Positions 7,798-16,712 of a stretch of 36,519 nt of DNA are shown here, one piece after another. Numbering within the stretch: position 1 is the stretch's first letter; every line of letters begins with the position of its first letter. This stretch comes from a virus, in IMG/VR virus record IMGVR_UViG_3300049844_000277, positions 1 through 36,519 of that record; one strand, 5' to 3'. A model generated the notes under the pieces. The model had not been told where the DNA came from. It worked only from the letters and a program-made list of their open reading frames with translations, and did not search any database. The position numbers were made by a program, and so were the translations under genes.

Positions 7798-7846
7798 CAT
7801 TATACCACCACCACCATCATGGGCTCCCTCTCTTACCGGAGTACCG

Positions 7847-8179
7847 ATGGACCAGAAATGGTTGTTACTGCTTCTCGGGGTTAATGAAAAACAGCTTCCG
7901 GCTGGGGGATATACTCTTTTGGCGGATGCCCTTAACGTACTTATTCCTTCGAACGTTACAGGATTAAACCTCGACAAGTTGTACCTTATTACCTCGAAAC
8001 AAAAATCGCGAATCCAGCGTATGGCGCATAAAACAGCTCTGGACTATCACCACTACGCGGTAAGTATCCGTGGTGAACCGTGTACTATTGAAAACTGTGA
8101 ACAACATAACTTAGGTAAGGTATTGAACTTGTATGCCTATCACAGTACGCGAAATCGAAAACCTCCAGGGATTAACTAA
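7847..8179 (+). CDS. Hypothetical protein, 110 aa, with an HNH-like core (HHYAVSIRGEPCTIEN)
   Basis: GGAG lies 7 nt upstream. The His-to-Asn spacing of 14, with R-G at +6/+7, matches the HNH core of the 282-aa HNH protein in this window. The second zinc/His half-site is not obvious. Confidence 0.45.
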   Translation: MDQKWLLLLLGVNEKQLPAGGYTLLADALNVLIPSNVTGLNLDKLYLITSKQKSRIQRMAHKTALDYHHYAVSIRGEPCTIENCEQHNLGKVLNLYAYHSTRNRKPPGIN

Positions 8180-8570
8180 GCGAAAGCCATACGCTGTTAA
8201 GTTGAACGATAGCTTGGTTTTAATCTACTCTACCTGGTTCGCGCTAGAACTTAAGGCGGAAAATGTAGAGATTGAAACCATTCAATGGAAGAAGGAAGTA
8301 AATGAAGTAGCGCGTAATTGGCGCGATGCTCTGCCAGCTAGTGATGGGGAGTACGCGCAAGGTATTCGTTGGACCAATCCTGACGATGCCGTGGTATTGA
8401 TTAAGCTCATCGCAGACTCTGCAACTGCCCTCATTTATCCAAGCTTGTTTGAATTGGTAAACAAGAAACTACCCGAACCGGAATTTCGGGTGTTTCCTGA
8501 AAAGGCATCTGCGGTAGCCATTTATAGCGAAGGTATTCGCGTAGGTGGTGTCTCGCAGATGTCGATTTAG
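8133..8570 (+). CDS. Hypothetical protein, 145 aa, last gene of the inverted cassette
   Basis: Its start overlaps the previous gene by 47 nt. A strong terminator follows at 8591-8620. Confidence 0.45.
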   Translation: MPITVREIENLQGLTKRKPYAVKLNDSLVLIYSTWFALELKAENVEIETIQWKKEVNEVARNWRDALPASDGEYAQGIRWTNPDDAVVLIKLIADSATALIYPSLFELVNKKLPEPEFRVFPEKASAVAIYSEGIRVGGVSQMSI

Positions 8571-8590
8571 CGATACGCTGTACGCTGTGA

Positions 8591-8620
8591 ACAGCGCCTC
8601 TATGGGGGCGCTGTTTTTTA
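8591..8620 (+). terminator. Rho-independent terminator: 8-bp stem ACAGCGCC/GGCGCTGT, 8-nt loop, T5 run
   Basis: Perfect GC-rich stem followed by TTTTT. The stop codon of the convergent minus-strand 510-aa gene lies within the T-run. Confidence 0.8.
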
Positions 8621-10150
8621 GCCTCCGACAAGTACGCGAGTACTCTTTACCGGCGGTACGGTAGCCTTGACCTTTGCGGTCATCGGCCCTGTAGCTGACG
8701 CGGCGGCAGGACTGGTTGGACCCATCGCGGATAAGTGCGTATGTGTATCAGCCCACTCCATGATGGCATTGATTACCTTCTCAAACTCTTCCCACATACA
8801 AACGTGATGCGTCGGAGTGCTTACTGACCAGGAGTGTCCATTAGGTCCTGGCGTTGCGGCGCCGTCCGCCGCGAGAAGAACAGAGTCGGGGTCCTTCGAG
8901 ATTAGATTAAACTTTGCCCCCGAAGGTGTGGCGAAGTTGAAATCTCCTGCGTAATTCACAAAGCTCTGCGCCTGCTTGGGCGCGGAGGTTGCGCCGCTCT
9001 TGGGATTACCTGTAACAGATTCGATTCCCCCATTTACAGCGTCCCAGAGAATCGCAACGCTTCCGGTACTCGGAGGAGGTGATTTTCCACCACCCTCTAC
9101 AGTCGTTACTTGGACGTTACTGATGTGCGTCATTCTGTCATGCCCAACGACTTCCTTCAAATCATTGCCGGCCGACACTGTGTAGTTGTTAGCGACTAAC
9201 GTTTCTTTGCCGGCGTTCAGAGTCTCTGTAACTTCTCCGCCTACCGTCGTAGACATAGCGCCCACGACCGAGACTTCTTTGTTTTCCGCGACATCTTCGC
9301 GCGCAGTTCCGCGCGTTCCTGATGAGATGTCCACGCCTGCAACGCCAGTCAGGGAAAGACGGCCATCCGCGCTCATGTGCAATTCACAGAGGGTATTGTC
9401 ATTGGGCGTTGTTACGCTCAGTCTAAATAAATCACCCTCAGCGCCCGCATCTAATCGAATGGTCCAATTCTCGACGTTCGCGCCGTTCTCAGTTAGCTGG
9501 TCTGCTCCGGCGCGCCAGGTTAATGATGTCTTACCGCCGTTGTTTGTAATCTCAAGATTTCCTAGCGCCGAAATGTGCCGGTAAACATTGGCGAAGACTT
9601 CCACCATGTCATTTATGCCGTGCGTACGAATTTGCGCCATCGGACCTGACGAGAGGATGTTCGATCCACCCGCAAGTACACCTAGGAAATTGTTGTGACG
9701 GCTTTTTCGAACCCAGTCATCCGCGAGAATGTCGACAGGGTCGTTGGGTGCGCGCACGCTACTGTAGGGATTCTTTTGGTCATAGACACCATCTTCCCCG
9801 CCGATACCCCGGACCTCACTGATTTGCGCAGGATTGACTTCGACCGCGCCCGTCGCAGCGCTTTTCAATACTGCAGCGATGACAGGGAAACCGAGCTCAA
9901 AATGAACTACGACTTCTGTTCCACGCGGTAGAATGCCGACTACTCCGGGGTCTTCAACGAGACGCCGGACGTCAGGCATCGGTCCCGCGCTACCTCCGAC
10001 CACTGTATATGTCTGTGCCTGGGGCGAGTAATCCCAGACTGAGCACACTTCCCACTGCCTGCGCGGGACCGCTTTATCGAGAACTCGTCCGTGTTGATTA
10101 GCTCCGGCATTACCATGCGTCTTGCTTCTAGGGAGTCCGGGGTTTGCCAT
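8618..10150 (-). CDS. Baseplate or tail central spike protein, gpV/gp5-like, with N-terminal OB-fold motif and C-terminal beta-helix-like repeats
   Basis: N-terminus PDVRRLVEDPGVVGILPRGTEVVVHFELGFPVIAAVL fits the Phage_base_V pattern. Downstream are Gly/Thr/Val-rich stretches of about 8 aa. Confidence 0.45.
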   Translation of the reverse strand: MANPGLPRSKTHGNAGANQHGRVLDKAVPRRQWEVCSVWDYSPQAQTYTVVGGSAGPMPDVRRLVEDPGVVGILPRGTEVVVHFELGFPVIAAVLKSAATGAVEVNPAQISEVRGIGGEDGVYDQKNPYSSVRAPNDPVDILADDWVRKSRHNNFLGVLAGGSNILSSGPMAQIRTHGINDMVEVFANVYRHISALGNLEITNNGGKTSLTWRAGADQLTENGANVENWTIRLDAGAEGDLFRLSVTTPNDNTLCELHMSADGRLSLTGVAGVDISSGTRGTAREDVAENKEVSVVGAMSTTVGGEVTETLNAGKETLVANNYTVSAGNDLKEVVGHDRMTHISNVQVTTVEGGGKSPPPSTGSVAILWDAVNGGIESVTGNPKSGATSAPKQAQSFVNYAGDFNFATPSGAKFNLISKDPDSVLLAADGAATPGPNGHSWSVSTPTHHVCMWEEFEKVINAIMEWADTHTHLSAMGPTSPAAASATGPMTAKVKATVPPVKSTRVLVGG

Positions 10151-10166
10151 GGGCGGGTATTATACC
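10151..10166 (-). promoter_or_regulatory. Extended -10 element TGGTATAAT 8 nt upstream of the ATG of the 510-aa gene, giving a possible leaderless transcript
   Basis: The minus strand reads ttttttTGGTATAATacccgcccATG. There is no ribosome-binding site and no -35. Confidence 0.3.
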
Positions 10167-10204
10167 AAAAAAATAAGCGCTCCAGCAAAATGCTGAAGCG
10201 CTTA
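10166..10204 (-). terminator. Rho-independent terminator with nested stems (outer AAGCGCT/AGCGCTT, inner CAGCA-ttt-TGCTG) and a U7 run
   Basis: Stems lie at plus coordinates 10175-10203. The A-run at 10167-10173 becomes a U-run on the minus transcript. It sits directly after the 258-aa gene stop. Confidence 0.7.
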
Positions 10205-10222
10205 GATACTGGCCATAATTTA

Positions 10223-10999
10223 TTACGGAAGTATGTCGTCCATTATCACCTGAGGCGCATCTGGCGTAAGGGCTTCGCTTGTTCCGGTAAAGTCTAGGAG
10301 CGCATCGACGGTCGCTCGAGGCACGCTTGTTGAAGTTGGCGCTCCGGCGATTTCGACCATCTCGAGCGGTAGTAAGCGGTCAGCCAGACCGGATACGTTT
10401 TCGAGAATCATATTTTGACCGGCGTTCGCTTGCACCGCGTACGAGTTAATCATCGCCAATTCGGCGTAGAATGACCCAACTAGGTCGCGGGTCTTATTGC
10501 GGAAGAAGCACGCTAGTCCGAACGGAACGTAATAAAGCTCAGAGTCCAGGTTGATGAAGAAATTACTGTTAGCGGTCTTCGCAGCAGGGTCGTCGAATTG
10601 CGAGACGTCTAAACCTGATGAACCATTTACTGCGTTATGGTAGAGCACACGCAGTAGATTACGACCATTGACGAACAATCTCGCGATAGTCCACTGAGTT
10701 TGCGCCTTGCCCGAAACAAAGAATGAGCGCCCGGAACCGATAGACATCATCGGTTGGGTAGGCTTGGTTTGCGTGAATTGAATACTCTGAAGCATCCCGA
10801 TGGCAAGCAACGAGCCTGGCGACTTGGTAGCTTTCCCGCCGCTATCTAGAATGGACCCCTTCCGAGGGGGACCAGCTAATACGATGGTATCGTCTGGATG
10901 CGCTGCGGAGTACGCAGCATTATCCATCTCGCGTTCGACGTAGCTACTCTGAAATTGCCAGTTCTCTACGCCCTTATTAATCCCGATCCCGTTAGCCAT
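10223..10999 (-). CDS. Hypothetical virion protein, 258 aa
   Basis: Clean open frame in the late operon, followed by a terminator. Confidence 0.5.
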   Translation of the reverse strand: MANGIGINKGVENWQFQSSYVEREMDNAAYSAAHPDDTIVLAGPPRKGSILDSGGKATKSPGSLLAIGMLQSIQFTQTKPTQPMMSIGSGRSFFVSGKAQTQWTIARLFVNGRNLLRVLYHNAVNGSSGLDVSQFDDPAAKTANSNFFINLDSELYYVPFGLACFFRNKTRDLVGSFYAELAMINSYAVQANAGQNMILENVSGLADRLLPLEMVEIAGAPTSTSVPRATVDALLDFTGTSEALTPDAPQVIMDDILP

Positions 11000-11008
11000 C
11001 GATGTCTC

Positions 11009-11272
11009 CTAGTGCGGCAAATACTCGGTACCGATCAGCAAACCAAGACCGGCCAAATCTGAGAGATGTTTGGTGGTTTTAGTAGTAGGCGAATCTTCTT
11101 CTTTGCTCAACAAGCTGTGTATTGTAGGCGCCGCAATCAGTCCGAGTCCAGCTACGTTGAGGTTTCGTTTAAGATTAGGCGAGGCAAGTAGTGCGCGAAA
11201 AGCATCGCCGCCGATTCCGGCGTACTTGTTAAGCGCATCCGTCGAGCCTCGCGCATACATCCTACGAAACAT
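11009..11272 (-). CDS. Hypothetical protein, 87 aa
   Basis: Tightly packed between neighbouring genes. Confidence 0.4.
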   Translation of the reverse strand: MFRRMYARGSTDALNKYAGIGGDAFRALLASPNLKRNLNVAGLGLIAAPTIHSLLSKEEDSPTTKTTKHLSDLAGLGLLIGTEYLPH

Positions 11273-11273
11273 A

Positions 11274-11711
11274 CTACCTCACTGTGTCAACGATGGCTAA
11301 AACCTGCGCATCAGTCAAGCCTAGATACTCAGCGGCCTGCTTTACGGAGTAGTCCTGCTCCGCCAAATACTGTAGCGCACCGGCGAACTTAGCAACGTCG
11401 AGCGGCGTGAACTCAGAACTTACCTGAACATTCACCGGCCGGCCGAACGTGTTCTGCTCGGCCCCCTTGATGATGTCGTCGATGATGTTCTTCATCGAGG
11501 ACTTCTTTTCGGTATCTTTCACAAGACCCCTCATCTTTGCGAGCGCCGCGTCGTCTTCTGCTTTTCTTGCGGCGTATCCCGCCTTTGCTTTTTGAGCGGA
11601 TGCACTCACGTTCTGACGCATCGTCTTCAACTTGGCGACGTCAGCGGCCAGCAATGGGGACTTTTTCCCCATTGCCAGCTTCTCAATCAACTCTTTTGCG
11701 GTCTTGTCCAT
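11274..11711 (-). CDS. Hypothetical Ala/Lys-rich helical protein, 145 aa
   Basis: Lies 1 nt from the downstream gene and 3 nt from the upstream one. Confidence 0.45.
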   Translation of the reverse strand: MDKTAKELIEKLAMGKKSPLLAADVAKLKTMRQNVSASAQKAKAGYAARKAEDDAALAKMRGLVKDTEKKSSMKNIIDDIIKGAEQNTFGRPVNVQVSSEFTPLDVAKFAGALQYLAEQDYSVKQAAEYLGLTDAQVLAIVDTVR

Positions 11712-11714
11712 GGC

Positions 11715-14126
11715 TTAAGCGCTCACCAGGTGGAGGGCGACAATGTTGAGAGGCGCAGGGAATTGAATCTCGACGTATATTTCTACACGGTCCGCTGAAG
11801 ACGTCGAAACGCTGATAGAGGTAATCGACCCGTCGATGATGGGTGCGCCGATTCGTGGACGACGGCGGAGCTTGAGGTTATCGATACCCGCGATTACAGA
11901 CGCGGACATGAAACTAAGCGTCTCGTTGTTTACGTTCCAGATGCCGATATAATCGTCGACGATATCTGCAAAGAACAACGACACGAAGTCGAAGTTCTTC
12001 ACCATCGAAAACTCACCGGACTGGAGCGTTGCCGTATCCGTCGTCAGCTGGTGAACGACGTACGGTAGCGCTTGCGGCGTATCTTGCTGGAGCACAAACC
12101 AACCACCGTTACTGATATCGGTGATTTGCTTGTCGTTGAAGTAGGTATTCGCGTTGTAGATTTTCGAGATACCCGCGATACCAAGGTTGGTGAAACCCTG
12201 ATGAGAGGGTAACCCCGCCGTCATACCGCCAACAGCACACGCAATGTAGTATCCCGGCTGAGAAGCGGCGGGCTGCGCAGTAGTCGGAGCATCGGGGTCC
12301 CTCGGGAGAGAGCCGTCAACCAAACCACCAACATCGCAAAGGTCCGGCCACACATTGACGACTCGACGACTCGCGAGGCTCTGCGTGATCGCGATGAGCT
12401 CAGTAACCTGGCCCGTCTTATCGAGCGTACGAGTGATGCGATAAGTGAGCGTTCCGGTCGTCGGAATAACCGTCGCAGGACTATTCCGCGAAACACCGTG
12501 CGGTAACTCATTGACGGCGAGCGACGTGTTGCGCCCATTGTTGACGATACGCAGCCGTTGATTGGAGATAACCGACGCAACTTGGAACGTGTGCTTTTCC
12601 GTAAAGCTTTCCTGTCCGGGATTCTGTGGCATTTCCACCAGGTCGGTGGGGATAATCCCAGCGTCCACGAACGTACCGTTGGCGTCGTACAAATCGAGGA
12701 ACAGCTTTGCGTCCGCGGTAGTCGCTAGACCAGTAATTGCCGTGGTAGCTAAACGAACCGCAACAGAGGACGTTCCCTCCATGATGCGTATGGTTGCGTC
12801 ACCGGATTGTACGCCACCAGGTAATTCTGTATCCAGCTCCAGTGACGTAGCGCTAAGAACCTGCGCCACAATGTAATCACCGGTACGCGGCGTCGCGGCG
12901 GTGTCATTCGCGCCAGCGGCGGGAGTGGTGGTAGTAGACAGAATCCGGAAAGTATCTCCCGGCTGCACATTCGCAGCTACGAGGTCTACACCTGGAATCG
13001 TAAGCGTATGGGTAGTCGTCGGTACGGCGAGTGACGAGTTTACTTCCGTCTTACCGTCAGTATTCTTGTCTATGACAATCTTGGTCGTCGGTAAAGTTCC
13101 AGCCTGGCCGATTGCAACTCGGAACTTCTGCGGAATACCGTTCGTAAGCGCGTAGTCTGGGTCGGCCAGAGCTACGAACTCGGCCTTTAGCATCGCGAGG
13201 ACTAACGGGTCCTGCGTCAGCGGAACTACCGCGTAAATGTCTTTCCGGGTCCCGATGCTGTTCTTCATCGAGGTATACCCGGCGAGGTCGTCCGTAGCGA
13301 TGCCGAAATACTGTATGCTGGTGTTCGTATTCTGTAGAGCGACAAATACGCCAGCCGCGAGTGGATTGCGGGAATCAATTCGGCCAAGCTGTCCCGTTAT
13401 CTCGTTTACCGAACCGAGCGTCTTTACGTCCTGTAGATCTAACCGTAGAGAACGATACGCGACGTACAGTTCACAGGAGACGATAGGCTTCTGCGAAGCG
13501 CCAACGGGAAGAGTAGCTAGCGCATTTACTTGGATGCTGTTCGTTCCAGGAACAAACGTGTAGAAGCTAGCATCAATCTCCGACTCGGGGAGCGCACGTT
13601 CAATCCGGAACTTAACGCCAGTGGCGCTGAAACCGGTAGGGGTTTCGCTATTCAACGTAAGCGTGTGAGCGTCGACAGTAATAACGGTACGGGTAACCGT
13701 CGTAGGTCCCGCGGTGTCCGTCATTACAATTGTATCAAGAGGCTGAACTCCGGCAGCTACGAAATCCGTAGCAACGGAACCGACGGAAGTTGATGCCACC
13801 GTCGTGGTCATGTCGAGGCCGTACACTAGCTCGACCTGCGTCGCGCTGGTGAACACACGCACGCTGGCTGAATCCAGAACTGCCCCGACCTTATTATTCG
13901 GAGCATCGGAAACTACAACGGCGCTCGTAACGACGCTAACGCCGGTAGCGGCGGAGCCTGGAACAATACCGTAATCGGCGATTTGAATATCGTCGCGATC
14001 CTCAGGAAAATCTTGAATCCAGTACGCGGGGCCCGCGATGAGGCAGTTTAATTCCGGAGTAGCCGGGCTGCTGCTCAGGGTCGCGAATTCCTGGAAGACA
14101 AGCGTGACGGGTCTTTGAGCTGCCAT
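11715..14126 (-). CDS. Large virion structural protein, 803 aa, possibly tail tube or baseplate
   Basis: CAGGAG ribosome-binding site 8 nt upstream of the ATG. Long Thr/Val/Ser-rich beta-type sequence. It is the largest ORF in the module. Confidence 0.55.
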   Translation of the reverse strand: MAAQRPVTLVFQEFATLSSSPATPELNCLIAGPAYWIQDFPEDRDDIQIADYGIVPGSAATGVSVVTSAVVVSDAPNNKVGAVLDSASVRVFTSATQVELVYGLDMTTTVASTSVGSVATDFVAAGVQPLDTIVMTDTAGPTTVTRTVITVDAHTLTLNSETPTGFSATGVKFRIERALPESEIDASFYTFVPGTNSIQVNALATLPVGASQKPIVSCELYVAYRSLRLDLQDVKTLGSVNEITGQLGRIDSRNPLAAGVFVALQNTNTSIQYFGIATDDLAGYTSMKNSIGTRKDIYAVVPLTQDPLVLAMLKAEFVALADPDYALTNGIPQKFRVAIGQAGTLPTTKIVIDKNTDGKTEVNSSLAVPTTTHTLTIPGVDLVAANVQPGDTFRILSTTTTPAAGANDTAATPRTGDYIVAQVLSATSLELDTELPGGVQSGDATIRIMEGTSSVAVRLATTAITGLATTADAKLFLDLYDANGTFVDAGIIPTDLVEMPQNPGQESFTEKHTFQVASVISNQRLRIVNNGRNTSLAVNELPHGVSRNSPATVIPTTGTLTYRITRTLDKTGQVTELIAITQSLASRRVVNVWPDLCDVGGLVDGSLPRDPDAPTTAQPAASQPGYYIACAVGGMTAGLPSHQGFTNLGIAGISKIYNANTYFNDKQITDISNGGWFVLQQDTPQALPYVVHQLTTDTATLQSGEFSMVKNFDFVSLFFADIVDDYIGIWNVNNETLSFMSASVIAGIDNLKLRRRPRIGAPIIDGSITSISVSTSSADRVEIYVEIQFPAPLNIVALHLVSA

Positions 14127-14291
14127 GGGCTATCACTCCTGTTCCTGCGTTACACAGAGTATAGGTAACGCTAGGTTAAAAATCACGAAGGTTCAAACGT
14201 CTTAAGGTACGCCGAGGCTAGGGCGAGTATAGGTCGTGTGAGTAGGTACCCTAAAGCCGATGGGTGCGAGGCAAGGGATCAACGCTTGCCC

Positions 14292-14990
14292 TCATTTAAT
14301 GTACTGCTTAAGCAGGAACGTGTCCGGGTTCGGCTCATTTGAGTCTCTGAAGCGAATAACAATATCCTCGAGAAGAGGACTAATGGGTAAGGTAGTCCAG
14401 CGTAAGTCAAATTGAATTTCAAACGTAATGTGCGTAGACCATTGCCCCTTGTCCCCATCAAAAGGAACGGTTCTACCTAGTATAGGCGGAGTTAGCTCGT
14501 GTAGTCCGAAGCTAGATCTAATCAAGTCGCGTCCAGCTAGGATATAGAACCACGTTATATCCGCTAGGATAGCGCTTTCGCCTTTAGCATCCGATACAAC
14601 CTCAATGTCGATGGGAATAGTTCCAAGCGCGTAGAAAGCGCGAAAACCGCTTGGTAGGTGTTGCCCTACAAAATTACCTAGGGCGACTTTACCTGCAGCT
14701 GTCTCACCTTTATCGACGTAGATGGCTGGGCGAAAGTTACGAACTTCCGTGTTCTCGTTGAACGCTGGTTCAATGACGATACGCCGAGGTTGGTCTTCGG
14801 TATTCTCTTCCGATACCTGCGGAGTAGAATTCTCGCTCCACGCCCAGGCTAAATCATTGCCTACGCGAAATCGTTCGCGTACAATTTCCGTGAATAGCGC
14901 TACGATGGCTAGCGGAGAACCTACGGCGATATCCGCGTGCTGTCCGGGTATCCGGGGAACTCGCTGGTTTTGATTGTCGAGAGTCCCCAT
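14292..14990 (-). CDS. Hypothetical virion protein, 232 aa
   Basis: AAGGT ribosome-binding site. Followed by a hairpin and a 165-nt intergenic region. Confidence 0.5.
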   Translation of the reverse strand: MGTLDNQNQRVPRIPGQHADIAVGSPLAIVALFTEIVRERFRVGNDLAWAWSENSTPQVSEENTEDQPRRIVIEPAFNENTEVRNFRPAIYVDKGETAAGKVALGNFVGQHLPSGFRAFYALGTIPIDIEVVSDAKGESAILADITWFYILAGRDLIRSSFGLHELTPPILGRTVPFDGDKGQWSTHITFEIQFDLRWTTLPISPLLEDIVIRFRDSNEPNPDTFLLKQYIK

Positions 14991-15001
14991 GGCGGTTTAC
15001 C

Positions 15002-15832
15002 TTAGAACAATGGCGGAATTCGTGTCGGGTCAACTACGAGGCGATACTCGATGCAACTTCGCGCGAGCTCGCTTACTTCAAATTTTTGATGGACTCCTAC
15101 CGTTTTTAGCTCTGTTTGAATTGCCGACTTTACGATGAATCGTCGGTTATCTTTGAGGAATACCAGTAAATCATCCGGCTCAACTTTCGGCGCATCTAGG
15201 ATAGTTACTTGCGTGGGTCGATAATCTGAAATCCCCTGCGGAGATATCTGCTTCGCCGTTGGTAAAGTCCCCCGACGGCCGAGAGTTAACACCGGAGTAA
15301 AATACCCAGGGGAAAAACCGGTTCCGTAACAGGCTGTGCAATTACCGCGCGTTACAGTCTTCGTAGTCTTATCCCAGCATTTAGCGCAACGCGGACCCCA
15401 GTGCATTCTCTTGACGACCGCGATTTCAACGCCGTTCAACTTTTTAAAGGTTAAGCTCTCATCTCGAAGAATCTTTTTCTTCAAAAGGCGTTGGGGGCCA
15501 TCTAAGCGAGGCTCAACCGCAGAGACTACTTCTACTTGATTATCTGTTCCCGAAGGTGGAACTGCTACTACACGATAAAAAATTCCACGTACTAGGGAAA
15601 GCTGATTCACATCTGCCGTAGCCTGCGTTGATGTAGAGGGCAATACGTCACTGTAATTGTAGATATCGATTCCACCGAGGGATAAAGATTCCCAAGGACC
15701 TTCCGGAGAGCCTGACCTATAGACGTTAAAACTATAGGACCCCACCTCTGTCGGGTTAATCAAATCCCACTGGAGAAATACTCCCCGTGGGAATAACGGC
15801 AGAAGCCGTGTGATTTCAATCGACAGCGCCAT
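15002..15832 (-). CDS. Protein with N-terminal FN3-like domain and CxxC...CxxC zinc-ribbon (276 aa)
   Basis: N-terminus GVFLQWDLINPTEVGSYSFNVYRSGSPEGPWE fits an FN3 domain. Cys cluster CAKCWDKTTKTVTRGNCTACYGTGF. Confidence 0.5.
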   Translation of the reverse strand: MALSIEITRLLPLFPRGVFLQWDLINPTEVGSYSFNVYRSGSPEGPWESLSLGGIDIYNYSDVLPSTSTQATADVNQLSLVRGIFYRVVAVPPSGTDNQVEVVSAVEPRLDGPQRLLKKKILRDESLTFKKLNGVEIAVVKRMHWGPRCAKCWDKTTKTVTRGNCTACYGTGFSPGYFTPVLTLGRRGTLPTAKQISPQGISDYRPTQVTILDAPKVEPDDLLVFLKDNRRFIVKSAIQTELKTVGVHQKFEVSELARSCIEYRLVVDPTRIPPLF

Positions 15833-16095
15833 TACGCCGTTGCCCCAATCATTGCTTCGTTTCCTGCGTTGATGAAATCGCTCGGCTTGGTAGCGCTGAG
15901 AGAATCAAACGCCTGTCCGACGGACCTGTTCTGCCGTCCAGGCTCATTAAACTGAGTGCCGTACGCACGCCGCCCATTGTCCGCGGAGATGGCGTCCTTC
16001 TTTCGTTGTCCGCCGGTCATTTTCCAATTCCACTCGGCTACCTTGAACGCAGCAAGCGCATCAGCACGACCGCCTTGATACGCGTACAGATTCAT
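15832..16095 (-). CDS. Hypothetical protein, 87 aa, carrying the shared AYQGG-x-DA-xx-FK motif
   Basis: GGAGG ribosome-binding site with a 6-nt spacer. The N-terminus is paralogous to the next two genes. Confidence 0.45.
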   Translation of the reverse strand: MNLYAYQGGRADALAAFKVAEWNWKMTGGQRKKDAISADNGRRAYGTQFNEPGRQNRSVGQAFDSLSATKPSDFINAGNEAMIGATA

Positions 16096-16712
16096 TTGCC
16101 GCCTCCAGAGACACTGACAACTTGGTTGCGTGTGTTCGACGCCGTTTCATTGGCGAGAGTAGCCGCTGGAGATATTCCAGTCGAAGAAACAATTCCGCCC
16201 ATCTGTTGCTCGGACGAACTTGGAGAAGAGCTACCTGGAGCTGTGGTAGTAGAAGATTCTGTTGTCGATGCGCTTTGAGACGGAGTAACGGACTTCGCTG
16301 TCTCGGTCGTATTGTTAGACCCGATAGTTGACCGTGCTCGAGGAATTTTCGCCGCCCTCGGAGGAGGAGCGGGAGCGTATACACTGGCCGCTTTAGACGT
16401 CGAGGGGATAGCGGGCGCTGCTGGAGGGGGCGAGGATATTACAGAACCTTGCGCTTGGGTTTGGCCCATACTGGCAACGGTAGGCGTTGCAGGAACTCCC
16501 GTACCTAAAACCGGAGACGTCGGGAGTGATTGATTAGGCGGGGCTGGCTTAGCTGATGCGGAAGTCATTCCCGGAACCGTCGAACCAACCGAAGGTACGG
16601 CGCCAAGACTTCCCGCCGCAGGAACGGCTCCAGACGTATGTAGCGCTGTTGCAGCAAATTTACATGCTGCGTCATTAGAGCCGCACTGATACGCCAACAT
16701 GTTAAGAGTCAC
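16092..16712 (-). CDS. Pro/Ser/Thr/Ala-rich low-complexity protein, 206 aa, with the shared N-terminal motif
   Basis: GTG start with an AGGAGG ribosome-binding site and a 5-nt spacer. N-terminus LAYQCGSNDAACKFAATA. Confidence 0.5.
   Translation of the reverse strand: MTLNMLAYQCGSNDAACKFAATALHTSGAVPAAGSLGAVPSVGSTVPGMTSASAKPAPPNQSLPTSPVLGTGVPATPTVASMGQTQAQGSVISSPPPAAPAIPSTSKAASVYAPAPPPRAAKIPRARSTIGSNNTTETAKSVTPSQSASTTESSTTTAPGSSSPSSSEQQMGGIVSSTGISPAATLANETASNTRNQVVSVSGGGK

Noticed and set aside
7798-7846. (ACC)4 trinucleotide run and a 21-aa out-of-frame mini-ORF before the second cassette gene
   Set aside because: Too short for a microsatellite switch. The mini-ORF is out of frame and lacks a ribosome-binding site. 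Probably incidental.
12221-13793. Several 70-120-aa ORFs on both strands inside the 803-aa gene
   Set aside because: They are Arg/Ser-rich shadow frames. The long frame has a ribosome-binding site and consistent composition.
14157-14238. T7-class single-subunit RNAP promoters suggested by CCTATA-containing motifs
   Set aside because: Only about 9 nt are shared rather than a conserved 23-bp promoter. No phage RNAP gene is in the window. The motifs are equally consistent with sigma70 -10 hexamers.
14262-14291. Hairpin GGCAAG-9nt-CTTGCC after the 232-aa gene, checked as a terminator
   Set aside because: No U-tract follows on the minus strand and the stem is only 6 bp. It may pause transcription but is not a confident terminator.
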